Shown: one piece after another, positions 17,550 through 28,400 of the stretch | How the letters are laid out: the number at the start of each line of letters is the position of its first letter | How positions within the stretch are numbered: position 1 is the stretch's first letter | DNA from: a virus | IMG/VR virus record: IMGVR_UViG_2784746786_000001 | Span: 9,339 to 73,338 of that record | DNA length: 64,000 nucleotides | Strand: one strand, 5' to 3' | The notes under the pieces: model-generated | Databases searched by the model: none | What the model saw: only the letters and a program-made list of their open reading frames with translations | Told to the model about the DNA's origin: nothing | Made by a program: the position numbers and the translations under genes

Positions 17550-19154
17550 ATGATGCGTAAACTGGAAAACTATAAGCCAACGCAATTTATGGCAGAGGAC
17601 TCGAAGTATAGTAAGGCAGCGGCAGATTATGCCGTGGATTTTATTGAATGCCTGTGTCATACCAAGGGTACCTGGGCCGGGAAGCCATTTGAACTGATTG
17701 ACTGGCAGGAGCGTATCATCCGTGACTTGTTCGGTGTACTGAAACCTAACGGATATAGACAGTTTAATATTGCCTATATCGAGATTCCAAAAAAAATGGG
17801 GAAAAGTGAGTTGGCGGCAGCGATTGCGCTGCTTCTCTGCTGCGGAGATGGGGAGGAACGTGCCGAGGTTTATGGATGTGCAGCAGATCGGCAGCAGGCG
17901 GGTATCGTTTTCGATGTGGCGGCAGATATGATCCGTATGTGTCCGGCATTGGCAAAACGAGTGAAACTCCTGGCATCGACTAAGCGTATCGTTTATTTGC
18001 CAACCAACAGCTTCTATCAGGTGCTTTCGGCAGAAGCCTATTCCAAGCATGGATTCAACGTGCATGGGGTTGTCTTTGATGAACTTCATTCTCAGCCAAA
18101 TAGAAAATTGTTTGATGTTATGACAAAAGGATCTGGTGATGCCAGAATGCAGCCATTATATTTTTTGATTACTACTGCCGGAACAGATACCCATAGTATC
18201 TGCTATGAGACACATCAGAAAGCATTGGATATTATTGAAGGACGAAAGATTGACCAGACTTTTTATCCAGTGATATACGGAGCCAAAGAAGATGAAGATT
18301 GGACAAATCCAAAGGTGTGGGCAAAAGCTAATCCGTCTTTGGGCATTACGGTGGGGATAGATAAAGTAAAGGCCGCCTGCGATTCCGCACGGCAAAATCC
18401 TGCCGAGGAAAATTCGTTTCGCCAGCTCCGCTTAAACCAATGGGTAAAGCAGGCAATCCGTTGGATGCCGATGGAAAAATGGGATGCCTGTGCTTTTACC
18501 GTCAATGAGGATGATTTGGAAGGAAGAATCTGCTATGGTGGACTAGACCTTTCATCTACCACAGATATAACTGCCTTTGTTTTAGTCTTTCCGCCGATTG
18601 ACGATGATGACAAATTCCATGTGCTGCCGTATTTTTGGATACCGGAGGATAATATCGACCTTCGAGTGCGGCGTGACCATGTGCCGTATGACCTCTGGGA
18701 GAGGCAGGGAAAGCTCATGACCACCGAGGGCAATGTGGTGCATTATGGTTACATCGAGAAATTCATTGAGCGCCTTAACGAGCGATACAATATCCGAGAG
18801 ATTGCTTTCGACCGCTGGGGCGCAGTGCAGATGGTACAGAATCTTGAGGGAATGGGCTTCACGGTTGTACCGTTCGGTCAGGGCTTTAAGGATATGAACC
18901 CGCCAACTAAGGAGTTGATGAAGCTGACGCTGGAGCAGCGCATCGCCCATGGCGGGCAGCCAGTTCTCAGGTGGATGATGGATAACATTTTCATCAAGAC
19001 AGATCCGGCTGGCAATATCAAGCCGGACAAAGAAAAATCCACAGAGAAGATTGACGGTGTTGTGGCCACGATAATGGCATTAGACCGTGCAATTCGCTGT
19101 GGACTTGATTCTGGGGAAAGCGTCTATGATGGACGCGGGATTTTACTGATTTAG
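17550..19154 (+). CDS. terL: Terminase large subunit
   Basis: Walker A IPKKMGKS, VFDELH, ITTAG, GGLDLSSTTD, FDRW and EKIDGVVA motifs. Confidence 0.95.
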   Translation: MMRKLENYKPTQFMAEDSKYSKAAADYAVDFIECLCHTKGTWAGKPFELIDWQERIIRDLFGVLKPNGYRQFNIAYIEIPKKMGKSELAAAIALLLCCGDGEERAEVYGCAADRQQAGIVFDVAADMIRMCPALAKRVKLLASTKRIVYLPTNSFYQVLSAEAYSKHGFNVHGVVFDELHSQPNRKLFDVMTKGSGDARMQPLYFLITTAGTDTHSICYETHQKALDIIEGRKIDQTFYPVIYGAKEDEDWTNPKVWAKANPSLGITVGIDKVKAACDSARQNPAEENSFRQLRLNQWVKQAIRWMPMEKWDACAFTVNEDDLEGRICYGGLDLSSTTDITAFVLVFPPIDDDDKFHVLPYFWIPEDNIDLRVRRDHVPYDLWERQGKLMTTEGNVVHYGYIEKFIERLNERYNIREIAFDRWGAVQMVQNLEGMGFTVVPFGQGFKDMNPPTKELMKLTLEQRIAHGGQPVLRWMMDNIFIKTDPAGNIKPDKEKSTEKIDGVVATIMALDRAIRCGLDSGESVYDGRGILLI

Positions 19155-19567
19155 GCAATCGAAATTGTTTTAATGATTTTTAATCTTGCAGGAGAATTAA
19201 GCTCGTAACAAGCAGCTGACGAAAAGAATTTGGAGTTAGTAAGACGTTTTGATTTTACCGGAGTATATCCAAATGGTTCAAGTACAATTTTTTGTAAAGT
19301 ACCTATCGCCTGTTTTGTTGCATCATCTGTTAAATTTATCCCGCAGGATGGGTTGTTTAATACGTAATCTTCAATCTTGCTTACATTTGCAGAAAGTGCG
19401 GGCCTATTTACTTCAGAGATATCGATAGCCGAAATTAAAGATTCATCGGTATTAAGGATATTAAAAATAGCCTTAAACGAAGGATTATCCTTTAATTCAT
19501 TTTTTATTCTGTTGGCATCTAAAACTTGATTAAAGGTGGTTTTGAGGGATTGAATTGTTGTATCCAT
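19151..19567 (-). CDS. AT-rich antisense moron, hypothetical protein
   Basis: 138-aa ORF with AAGGAG RBS and its own promoter, between terL and portal. Confidence 0.75.
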   Translation of the reverse strand: MDTTIQSLKTTFNQVLDANRIKNELKDNPSFKAIFNILNTDESLISAIDISEVNRPALSANVSKIEDYVLNNPSCGINLTDDATKQAIGTLQKIVLEPFGYTPVKSKRLTNSKFFSSAACYELNSPARLKIIKTISIA

Positions 19568-19628
19568 AACTAAACATCTCCTTTTAAATATTTAAATATA
19601 AATGTGTTAAATTACATCTTATAAACTT

Positions 19629-19657
19629 ATAATAACACATGTAAAATTACATGTCAA
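19629..19657 (-). promoter_or_regulatory. Sigma-70 promoter of the moron, overlapped by a palindromic operator
   Basis: TTGACA-17-TATTAT on the minus strand; ACATGTAA-AA-TTACATGT palindrome at 19637-19654. Confidence 0.7.
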
Positions 19658-19668
19658 GGAGGGGTTAT

Positions 19669-20922
19669 ATGAATTTTTTCAGTAAGCTTTTTCATTCAAG
19701 AGATAAGCCGCAGAACTACATCAGCAGTCACCTGTCGTTCCTGTTTGGTCAGACAGCGGCTGGGCAGAAGGTCAATGAGTGCACGGCAATGCAGGTGACT
19801 GCAGTCTATGCCTGCGTCAGAATCTTGGCGGAGGCGATTGCTGGTTTGCCACTTTCAGTCTATCGCTATACGGAATCCGGCAGCAAAGAGAAGGTGCTGG
19901 AGCACCCGCTGTACAAGCTCCTACACGATGAGCCGAATCCGGAAATGACTAGCTTTATTTTCCGTGAGACCATGATGAGCCATCTGCTTTTATGGGGTAA
20001 TGCCTATGCGCAGATTATCCGTGATGGCAGAGGGCAGGTCGTGGGGCTTTATCCACTGCTTCCCAGCAAGATGGATGTAGGCAGGGCGGCAGACGGCAGA
20101 CTAGTCTACAGCTATGAACGCAGCATGGATGAGTTTGGCAGCAGCAAAAAGAGTGAGCGCATAGAGCTAAGGCGTGAGGATGTACTGCATATTCCAGGAC
20201 TTTCCTTTGATGGTCTTATCGGCTATAGTCCAATTGCCATGGCGAAAAATGCCATCGGTATGGCGCTTGCCACCGAGTCTTATGGTTCGACCTTCTTTGC
20301 CAATGGTGCTACGCCGGGCGGTGTCCTGGAGCATCCAGGAGTGGTGAAAGACCCAGCACACCTCAGGGAAAGCTGGCATGCCCAGTTCTCAGGTAAGAAC
20401 AGCCATAACGTAGCGGTACTCGAGGAAGGCATGACTTTTCATCCGATGTCCATACCGCCGGAAGAAGCGCAGTTCTTAGAGACTAGGAAGTTCCAGATTG
20501 ATGAGATTGCCCGTATCTTCAGAGTGCCGCCGCATATGGTCGGTGACCTTGAGAAATCGAGCTTTTCTAATATTGAACAGCAGTCTTTGGAATTTGTGAA
20601 ATATACCTTGGATCCTTGGGTGGTTCGTTGGGAGCAGGCTATGCACCAGGCATTATTATTGCCGAGTGAAAAGCCGGCTCTTTTCTTTAAGTTTAATGTG
20701 GATGGACTGCTTCGCGGTGACTACCAAAGCCGCATGAACGGCTATGCCGTTGGGAGGCAGAATGGCTGGTTATCTGCAAATGACATTCGTGAGCTCGAGA
20801 ACATGAACCATATCAGCGAGGAAGAAGGAGGAAATCTGTATCTTATCAATGGAAATATGACCAAACTCAAGGATGCCGGCTTATTTGCCGGCAGTAATGG
20901 AGGAGAAATAAATGAAACGTAA
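19669..20922 (+). CDS. Portal protein, HK97 family
   Basis: TAVYACVRILAE, LLWGNAY, IARIFRVPPH and FNVDGLLRGD motifs. Confidence 0.95.
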   Translation: MNFFSKLFHSRDKPQNYISSHLSFLFGQTAAGQKVNECTAMQVTAVYACVRILAEAIAGLPLSVYRYTESGSKEKVLEHPLYKLLHDEPNPEMTSFIFRETMMSHLLLWGNAYAQIIRDGRGQVVGLYPLLPSKMDVGRAADGRLVYSYERSMDEFGSSKKSERIELRREDVLHIPGLSFDGLIGYSPIAMAKNAIGMALATESYGSTFFANGATPGGVLEHPGVVKDPAHLRESWHAQFSGKNSHNVAVLEEGMTFHPMSIPPEEAQFLETRKFQIDEIARIFRVPPHMVGDLEKSSFSNIEQQSLEFVKYTLDPWVVRWEQAMHQALLLPSEKPALFFKFNVDGLLRGDYQSRMNGYAVGRQNGWLSANDIRELENMNHISEEEGGNLYLINGNMTKLKDAGLFAGSNGGEINET

Positions 20923-21613
20923 ATTTTGGAATTGGGTGCGCGATGCCGATACCGGTGCGCGTACTTTGGTGTTAAACGGCGAAATCTCAGAGAGCACCTG
21001 GTTTGGCGATGAGGTTACACCGGGTATTTTTCGAGATGAGCTGTGTTCCTGTGAGGGAGATATCACAGTATGGATAAACTCACCGGGCGGTGATTGTTTT
21101 GCCGCAGCACAGATTTATAATATGCTGATGAATTACAAAGGAAACGTCAAGGTGCGTATTGATGGCTTGGCGGCATCTGCGGCATCGGTCATTGCGATGG
21201 CTGGCAACACTGTCGAGATGTCTCCAGTGGCCATGCTGATGATCCATAACCCAGCAACCGTTTCTATTGGTGATGAACACGAGATGAAAAAGGCCATAGA
21301 TATGCTCTCTGAGGTCAAGGAAAGCATCATAAATGCCTACGAAATAAAAACCGGCATGGGACGTGGCAAAATTTCAAACCTTATGGATGCCGAAAGCTGG
21401 ATGAACGCCAAGAAAGCTGTGGAGCTTGGCTTTGCCGATAGCATCATGTTTGCTGATGATGAAAAGGATGATGGCACGGAAATCGAAGCCATGATGTTTT
21501 CAAGAGCTGCTGTCACCAATTCATTTCTCAGCAAGTTCAAGACAGAAAAACAGTCAGATAACCGTATTGATGCAGAGTCGCTAAATAAGCGGCTCTTTTT
21601 AATTGCACACTAA
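20912..21613 (+). CDS. ClpP-like head maturation protease
   Basis: INSPGGD, GLAASAAS, MIHNP and MDAESWM motifs. Confidence 0.93.
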   Translation: MKRKFWNWVRDADTGARTLVLNGEISESTWFGDEVTPGIFRDELCSCEGDITVWINSPGGDCFAAAQIYNMLMNYKGNVKVRIDGLAASAASVIAMAGNTVEMSPVAMLMIHNPATVSIGDEHEMKKAIDMLSEVKESIINAYEIKTGMGRGKISNLMDAESWMNAKKAVELGFADSIMFADDEKDDGTEIEAMMFSRAAVTNSFLSKFKTEKQSDNRIDAESLNKRLFLIAH

Positions 21614-21631
21614 ATTTAGGAGGAATAATAC

Positions 21632-22813
21632 ATGGATAAGATTTTAGCAATGAGAGAAAAAAGAGCGAAGGCATGGGAGGATACCAAATACTTTCTGGAT
21701 ACGCACACGGATGCAGATGGCAAGCTTTCTGCCGAGGATGCGGTTGCCTATGACAAGATGGAGGCAGAGGTTGTGGAACTTGGCAAGGATATCGAACGCC
21801 TTGAGCGTCAGGCGGTGCTTGATGCCAAGCTTAGTCAGGCTACCACGGCACCAATCACGAATCAGCCGGGTGAAAAGGCGAAGACGGGCAGGGCGAGTGA
21901 TGTCTATAAGGAGGCAATGCTCAAAGCACTTCGCACCAACTTCCGCCAGGTAGAAAATGTTCTGCAGGAGGGCATTGATGCCCAGGGCGGTTACCTCGTA
22001 CCGGAGGAGTACGACCGCCGGCTTATTGATGTGTTGATCGAGGAAAACATCATGCGCAGTCTTGCGACACATATCACGACCAGCGGGGAACATAAAATCA
22101 ATATCGCAGCTACCAAGCCGGCGGCATCCTGGATTGAAGAGGGCGGTGCACTGTCCTTCGGTGAGGCAACCTTCGACCAGATTATCATGGACGCACACAA
22201 GCTTCATGTTGCCATCAAGGTCACAGAGGAGCTGCTCTACGATAATGCCTTCAACCTTGAAAGCTATATCATTGACCAGTTTGGCAAGGCAATCGGCAAT
22301 GCTGAAGAGGATGCCTTCCTTAATGGTGACGGCAAGAGCAAGCCACTGGGACTGTTCCCTAGTGCGACTGTAGGGGTTACAACCTCCACGGTAAGCGTAA
22401 CGGCTGACGATATCATCAACCTAATTTATGCTCTAAAGCGTCCATACCGCAAGAGCGCCTCCTTTATTACAAACGACCAGACGCTGGCGGTTATCCGTAA
22501 GCTCAAGGACAATAACGGCGCATATCTCTGGCAGCCGTCCTATCAGGCAGGCGAGCCGGACAGAATCCTCGGCTATGCGATTCATACCTCGGCTTATGTG
22601 CCGACTATTGCTGTTGGACAGGCGGTTATGTCCTTTGGTGACTACAGCTACTACAATATCGGTGATCGCGGCAGCCGTTCCCTGCAGGAACTCAAGGAGC
22701 TTTTTGCCGGCAATGGCATGATTGGTTATGTCATGAAGGAACGTGTGGATGGCAAGCTGATTCTCCCAGAGGCAGTACAGCTTCTCAAAATGAAGGGAAC
22801 GGCATCGGCGTAA
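21632..22813 (+). CDS. Major capsid protein, HK97 family
   Basis: Coiled-coil delta domain, GGYLVPEE, EELLYDNAFN and RVDGKL motifs. Confidence 0.95.
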   Translation: MDKILAMREKRAKAWEDTKYFLDTHTDADGKLSAEDAVAYDKMEAEVVELGKDIERLERQAVLDAKLSQATTAPITNQPGEKAKTGRASDVYKEAMLKALRTNFRQVENVLQEGIDAQGGYLVPEEYDRRLIDVLIEENIMRSLATHITTSGEHKINIAATKPAASWIEEGGALSFGEATFDQIIMDAHKLHVAIKVTEELLYDNAFNLESYIIDQFGKAIGNAEEDAFLNGDGKSKPLGLFPSATVGVTTSTVSVTADDIINLIYALKRPYRKSASFITNDQTLAVIRKLKDNNGAYLWQPSYQAGEPDRILGYAIHTSAYVPTIAVGQAVMSFGDYSYYNIGDRGSRSLQELKELFAGNGMIGYVMKERVDGKLILPEAVQLLKMKGTASA

Positions 22814-22849
22814 GTGGCGCCTTGTGATTTGGAAAGCGAGGTATTTTCT

Positions 22850-23125
22850 ATGATTGTAGAAATCACAGAAACGAAAACCTATCTTCGGGTGGATGGGGAT
22901 TACGATGATGCCCTCATCAAAGGGCTGATGCTGGCGGGGCAGGAAATCTGCCTTGGTATTCTTCGCGTTGAGGAATCCGAGGCAGATGCTAAAAATGAGC
23001 AGCTTAGGACAGCAATCTTCTATGCGGTGTCGTATCTCTATGAACACCGCGAAGAAGCTGATCATGCGGCCTTGGTTAGAACCTTGAAGGCGCTGCTATC
23101 CAGTATTCGGAAGGAGGCATTCTGA
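22850..23125 (+). CDS. Head-tail connector (gp6-like)
   Basis: KTYLRVDGDYDDALI...YLYEHRE. Confidence 0.85.
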   Translation: MIVEITETKTYLRVDGDYDDALIKGLMLAGQEICLGILRVEESEADAKNEQLRTAIFYAVSYLYEHREEADHAALVRTLKALLSSIRKEAF

Positions 23126-23439
23126 TGCGGATTGGAAAAATGAATCGGCGGATAACTCTGTTGAAGCCAGTCCGAGAAGATGACGAGTATGGCGGGGCAA
23201 AGACCGTCTATATTTCTACCTGCACACTTTGGGCGGAGTTTCTTCGGCCGAATTTCCGAGAGCAGACGCTTGAGGGAGTTGGCTCAGCGGTTATTCTTAC
23301 GCAGGGCATAAGGCTGCGGCCTATAGAGGTAGAAAAGGAATGGCGCGTTGAGTGCGGGGAGCGTTTATATAACGTGCTACATGTGGATGCCTCAGTTCCC
23401 AGCGAAATCATCCTCACAACGCAGGAGGTGGAGCGTTGA
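23125..23439 (+). CDS. Head closure / head-tail adaptor
   Basis: MRIGKMNRRITL..D.YGG..LWAE; expected position in the module. Confidence 0.75.
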   Translation: MRIGKMNRRITLLKPVREDDEYGGAKTVYISTCTLWAEFLRPNFREQTLEGVGSAVILTQGIRLRPIEVEKEWRVECGERLYNVLHVDASVPSEIILTTQEVER

Positions 23440-23885
23440 TGGCTAGAAAGTTTTGGGTGCATACCAATAGAAATACAGAAATCACGGCTGCAGTTACGAA
23501 TATCGCCCACTATAGCGAGTCTGTGCAAAGAGAAATCAAAAAGAGCATTCAGGAGAGCACCAAGGCTGTGTTTGATGGAGCAATAAAGCGTGTGCCGGTA
23601 CAGACTGGTGAGCTGCAGCGTTCTATGAAGATGCGCTTTGGCCGCGACCAGCTTTCTGGCTTTGTATCGGCAAATGCACCACATGCTCATCTGGTGGAGT
23701 TTGGTGCAAGTGCCGCCTACATTGAGCCGAAGAAAAAGAAGGCGCTAAAGTTCAATGGCCGCTATGCCAGCCACGTGTTAATTAAAGCACGTAAAGCACA
23801 TCCTTTTTTGCGTCCGGCGGCGGATGATGAAAAAGGAAGGCTGGAGAAAAGAATCACGGAGGCGATAGAGCATGGGCGTCATTAA
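23439..23885 (+). CDS. HK97 gp10-family tail component
   Basis: PVQTGELQRS, HLVEFG and HPFLRPA motifs. Confidence 0.85.
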   Translation: MARKFWVHTNRNTEITAAVTNIAHYSESVQREIKKSIQESTKAVFDGAIKRVPVQTGELQRSMKMRFGRDQLSGFVSANAPHAHLVEFGASAAYIEPKKKKALKFNGRYASHVLIKARKAHPFLRPAADDEKGRLEKRITEAIEHGRH

Positions 23886-24291
23886 ACAGCGGGTGCCGAT
23901 ACTTGCGATGCAGAAGGTATTGGTGAAGCTCTTGAAGGCTGGGCAGACGTATCCTGTCTATGATGATGTAGAGCGTCATGCAAAGCTCCCGTATATCACC
24001 ATTGGAGCAATAAATGCCAAGCCTAATGGGGCAAAACACACCGCCATCTATGATGTGTCGGTGCAGCTGCATTTTTGGTCAGAGTACCAAGGAAAGCGCG
24101 AAGTCAATCTGATGATGAATGATGTAGCAACCGTTCTGACCTATGTAAAGCTGGATATGTCTGGCGATGGCTTTCGGGCAATCGCGCAGGAGATAGATTT
24201 CTATGAGGTCTTTGCTGAAGAAGAGCAGGGCTATCATGGAGTCATTACGTTAATAATCAAAATACAGGATATGGAGTGTGAAACAATATGA
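23872..24291 (+). CDS. Tail terminator (DUF3168-like)
   Basis: VYDDV...PYITIG...HFWSEYQGKREV. Confidence 0.75.
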   Translation: MGVIKQRVPILAMQKVLVKLLKAGQTYPVYDDVERHAKLPYITIGAINAKPNGAKHTAIYDVSVQLHFWSEYQGKREVNLMMNDVATVLTYVKLDMSGDGFRAIAQEIDFYEVFAEEEQGYHGVITLIIKIQDMECETI

Positions 24292-24779
24292 CAACAACCC
24301 TAGAAAACATTACACTGCCGAGCAATCCGGATATCAGTGCAGCCGAGGTCGGCAAGGACTTTCTGCTGTACGTCAATACCGGCACGATGGCTCTGCCCGA
24401 GTGGCAGATGATTGGCGGACAGCGAAATTCCGGCCTGTCGCGTCAGGCAGAAAGCATTGATGTATCGCATAAGACCAGCGGCGGCTGGTCAGCAACGAAA
24501 GCCGGACTTCGCTCCTGGAGCATAGACCTTTCCGGACTTGTACTTTTGCAGGACATCGGTGTCAGAGCACTGTCGACTGCCTTTGAGAGCAGCAAGGATG
24601 TGCATCTGAAGCTTGCGTATCCGGATCGTTCGTACCGTACCGGCTGGGCATCGGTTACAGAGTTCAGCATCGATATTCCGCATGATGGTGCGGCAACACT
24701 TACAGGTAAGCTTTCCGGTAACGGAGCACTTACGGCTCTAACGAAAGCAGCAAATGGAACGGAGGGTATTGACGGATGA
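24288..24779 (+). CDS. Major tail tube protein (TP901-1-like)
   Basis: IGGQR, IDVSHKTSGGW..GLRSWSI and LSGNGAL motifs. Confidence 0.85.
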   Translation: MTTTLENITLPSNPDISAAEVGKDFLLYVNTGTMALPEWQMIGGQRNSGLSRQAESIDVSHKTSGGWSATKAGLRSWSIDLSGLVLLQDIGVRALSTAFESSKDVHLKLAYPDRSYRTGWASVTEFSIDIPHDGAATLTGKLSGNGALTALTKAANGTEGIDG

Positions 24780-25117
24780 AAAAGGACATAGTATTTAAGA
24801 TCTGCGGTAAGGATACCGCAATTTCCTACAACATTTTACGGCTTTCTAAATTCGAGAAGGCTATCGGCCAGAGCCTGTTCTTTGTGATGAGTGCTGGCGG
24901 GGTGCTCAAGGCGATGGACATCAATTTCACGCTGGCGGGTCTTGCTTACGGCCTAAAGAATGAGCTGACTATCGCCGAGGCGGCGGAGCTGGTGCAAAAG
25001 CACTGCGATGAGGGTGGACTCCTGGATGACATCAATGATGCCATCTACAGAGCTATTGTGGCCTCCGGACTTTTTATCAAAACGGACGCAGGGGAAACGG
25101 TGAAGGAGACCAAGTAA
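24776..25117 (+). CDS. Tail assembly chaperone
   Basis: Position between tube and tape-measure genes; 113 aa. Confidence 0.7.
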   Translation: MKKDIVFKICGKDTAISYNILRLSKFEKAIGQSLFFVMSAGGVLKAMDINFTLAGLAYGLKNELTIAEAAELVQKHCDEGGLLDDINDAIYRAIVASGLFIKTDAGETVKETK

Positions 25118-25434
25118 CCTCTTTTGCGTCCTGGATAGATAGAGCTGAGTCCGTTGCCTATGGTGCGTTATCCTTAAAACCTCGAGAGTTTGAGGATTTG
25201 CAGCCAAGCGAGTTTTACAAGTTAATCAAGGGCTATGAGGAGCGGCGTGACAGTGAAAATACTGTCGCGTCGTATTTCGTAGCAAATCTAATGAATTTAT
25301 TTGGGAAGTCCCTCAGGGAAAACATCACGATAGAAAAACTCATGAAGCCGATAAGGTTTGGTGAGGCGGTTTCTAAGGATACAAGAAAAGCAGATGAGGA
25401 ATATTTGAAAGCAAAATTCAAGCTGGGGAGGTGA
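25039..25434 (+). CDS. Tail chaperone C-terminal extension in the -1 frame (probably reached by frameshift)
   Basis: The -1 frame is open from 25039 to 25434 (..SWIDRAESVAYGALSLKPREFEDLQPSEF..) and lacks a well-spaced RBS/start. Confidence 0.6.
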   Translation, partial: CHLQSYCGLRTFYQNGRRGNGEGDQVTSFASWIDRAESVAYGALSLKPREFEDLQPSEFYKLIKGYEERRDSENTVASYFVANLMNLFGKSLRENITIEKLMKPIRFGEAVSKDTRKADEEYLKAKFKLGR

Positions 25435-25438
25435 GAGT

Positions 25439-28400
25439 ATGTCAGTAATAAGCAGTCTGATGGTAAAAATCGGTGCAGATTCATCTGGCCTAAAGAAAGG
25501 TCTGGATGAGGCAAAAACAGCTGTGGAGAAGTCCTTTGATACAAATCCTGTCAGTAAGTTCTCGGCTCATGTTGAGGATACCGGGAAAAGGATGGAGGGA
25601 CTCATTGGCAGGATGAAGACATTTGCTGCCGTTGCGGCGGCTGGCTTTGGTCTTTCAGCACTGGTAAATGATGCGGCAGCAGCCGGGGATAATATTTATC
25701 GGCTTAGTCAGCGGATGCATATAAGCGCAGGTGAAGCTGGGAATCTTTCAAGAATTATGAGCCTTACAGGAGGTGATGTGACCTCACTCTCCACGGCTAT
25801 GATGAGGCTGGATAAATCCTTCACCTCAGCTAGTACCGAGGGTGAAAAGACGCGTAGTATCCTCGCGGCGGTTGGCGTAGAGCTAACCAATGCTAATGGT
25901 CAGCTTCTTCCCATCAATGAACAGCTGAAAGGACTGGCGGCTGGCTACAAAAAAGCTACTGAGGCCGGCTATGGGCAGGAGCTTATTATGAACACGCTGG
26001 GCGTTCGTGGTATGGCGTTGGTCAGCACTCTTGAGCAATACAACGATGCGGCAGAGACGGCTGGCAAGGTCAAGACTATCGGCCTTGATGCCAAGGGGAT
26101 GCACGAGCTGAATATGCAGCTCAAGATAATGCAGATGGAGAGCAGTCAGATTCAGCTGGCCTTGGTGGCTGGATTTGCGCCAGTGGTCAATGAATTTCTG
26201 CCGGGGATAATGTCAGGACTGCAAAGCACAGTCACCTTCCTGCGTGAGAACAAGACAGAAATAGCTACAGTCACCAAGGCTGCGGTTGAGTTCTATGCAG
26301 CGATGAAGGCAATCAGCCTTATAGGAAGTGCTGGTGCAGGGATTCTTTCCTTTTGGAATAGTATCAAGGTGGCAGCCGTTCAGACGGCGGTGGTGCAGGA
26401 AACAGCAGAGGCAGAGCTTTCGGCAGCTCAGATAAAGCACATCAACAAGGTCGTGGCTCGTTCACAGCAAGCATACACAAAGCGCGAGATAGATGCCATA
26501 AGAGCGGCGCAACAAGAAGGGCTTGCTTCAGATGAAGCACGGGCAAAATTAGAAACGAACCTTGTAGCTATTCAGCTTGAAGCGGAAAAATCTGCGGCTT
26601 CTATTTCGGCTGCGTTCACCAGACATTTCATGGAGGTAAACCGAGCCGCAGCGGTGATGGCAGCTGAAACGAATACTGCTATTGCATCTACTGGTGTAAC
26701 AGCGGCAGAGGCAATAGCAGTCCAGACAACAGCTACAGCCAACCTTACAGCAGCACATATGGCAGAAGGCACAGCGGCAACAGTCGCTGGGGCGAAAAAT
26801 ACGGCCGCCAAGGGTGCAGCAACAAAGGCAACTGCAGCACAGATTGTGGCAACGGGGCAGCTTACAGCAGCACATGTAGCAGAGGGAACGGCTGCAGCGG
26901 CTGCGGGTGTGAAGTCCATATCCTTTACGGGTACTGCCATCAAGGGCGTCAGAACACTTGGCACAGCGGTGCTGGCTCTTACTGGCGGATGGATTGGCCT
27001 TGCTGCGGCGATTGCCTATGCCGGGTATTGTCTCTATCAGTACAAAAACGAGCAGTTTGCTGAGGAAAAAGCCCATACCTATAGTGTGGACGGCGAAAAC
27101 TATATCGAAAAGGATGGCTATTTCTACAGGAAAGGTACAGGCCGGGTTCTGAATCCAGAGGCTTTGAACTCCGGCTATGTAAACGATGAAGAAATTGAGT
27201 ACGATACTGGCGGTCAGCTTGTTTCAGATGACAGCCTCAATGAAAAGCTCCAGTCAGCCTGGTGGGAGCGTCATAAGGATGATGCAGATTACAAGGCACA
27301 GCTGGAAAAAGAAGAAGCTGATGAACGGCTGAGAAATGCCGACAGTGAGCTTGCGGCTCTGATGCAGAATATGAATTCCGCCGGCAGTACAGAAAGCTCT
27401 GGCGGTTCAGCAGAAAAACAGCCTGTGACCTACCAGGTGGCGGTGCCTATTGGCGAGGACATTGTAGGCTCGGCATTGAACCATATCGGTGAAAGCTGGG
27501 GCGAAAATACCTGCGCCATCTTTGCCTCGTCCATGCTTGAAGAAGCTGGTGTCTATGGCCTATCGGATCCAAACGGCGATAACATGAAGGCCAATGCCGG
27601 AGCTGCCTACCACGATGTGAATGATGGCTATCAGCCAAAAGCTGGTGACATTATTGAGTGGGGGGGCCATGTTGGTATATATGATGGCAACGGCGGCTAT
27701 ATTGCCAGCAACACCAAGACAGGCATCCACCAAGGCAGTATGGCTGAGGCGGAGGATTGGTTTGGACCTGTTCAAGGGTATATCAGCACCGCTGAATACA
27801 CTGGCAACAAAACAGTCACCAAGACTATGGACAGTGAAGCGAAGGCCGCTGAGGACAGTCTGCAAAAGCTGAATAAAGCCAAGGAAGATGCCACTAAGCT
27901 ATTTAATTCCATGGAAATAGAGATAGGCCGTGAAACCAAAACGGACTATAGCTATGGCATGGATCAGCTTGAAGCCAATATCCGAAAAAAGCAGGTCGAA
28001 ATAAATCAGCTGAAGACAGCCGGTGTAGATACGACCATGCTGGAAAGTGAACTCGCGGATTACGGAGCGGCTCTAAAATCCAAGGTAGTCGAAAAATGGC
28101 AGGAAGCCAGTGAAAGCATCAAAAACACCACAGCCATTACCCTTGCCGAAACGAACAGCGATTACAAAGCAGCTGCCGAGGCGCAGTATCAGATGACGCT
28201 TACCAAGCTGAGTAAAGAGCGCAAGGATAAAGAAAAGGCTGTACTAAAAGACAAAGATGATGCTGAGGGCAGGCTTGCAATAGATAAGTGGTATGTGGCT
28301 GAATCCAATAAGGCTATGAAGGAACTCACTAAGGCAAAAAATGAGAGCTTCAATAGAGCCATTTCAGATTTTCAGAGCCTTGGCGATTTGAAAAATATCA

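Noticed and set aside
25092-25098. GGGAAAC as the canonical -1 slippery site
   Set aside because: Out of phase with the chaperone reading frame (GGG GAA ACG).
26740-26900. Duplicated LTAAH(M/V)AEGTAA motif in the tape measure gene
   Set aside because: An ordinary internal repeat of tape measure proteins.
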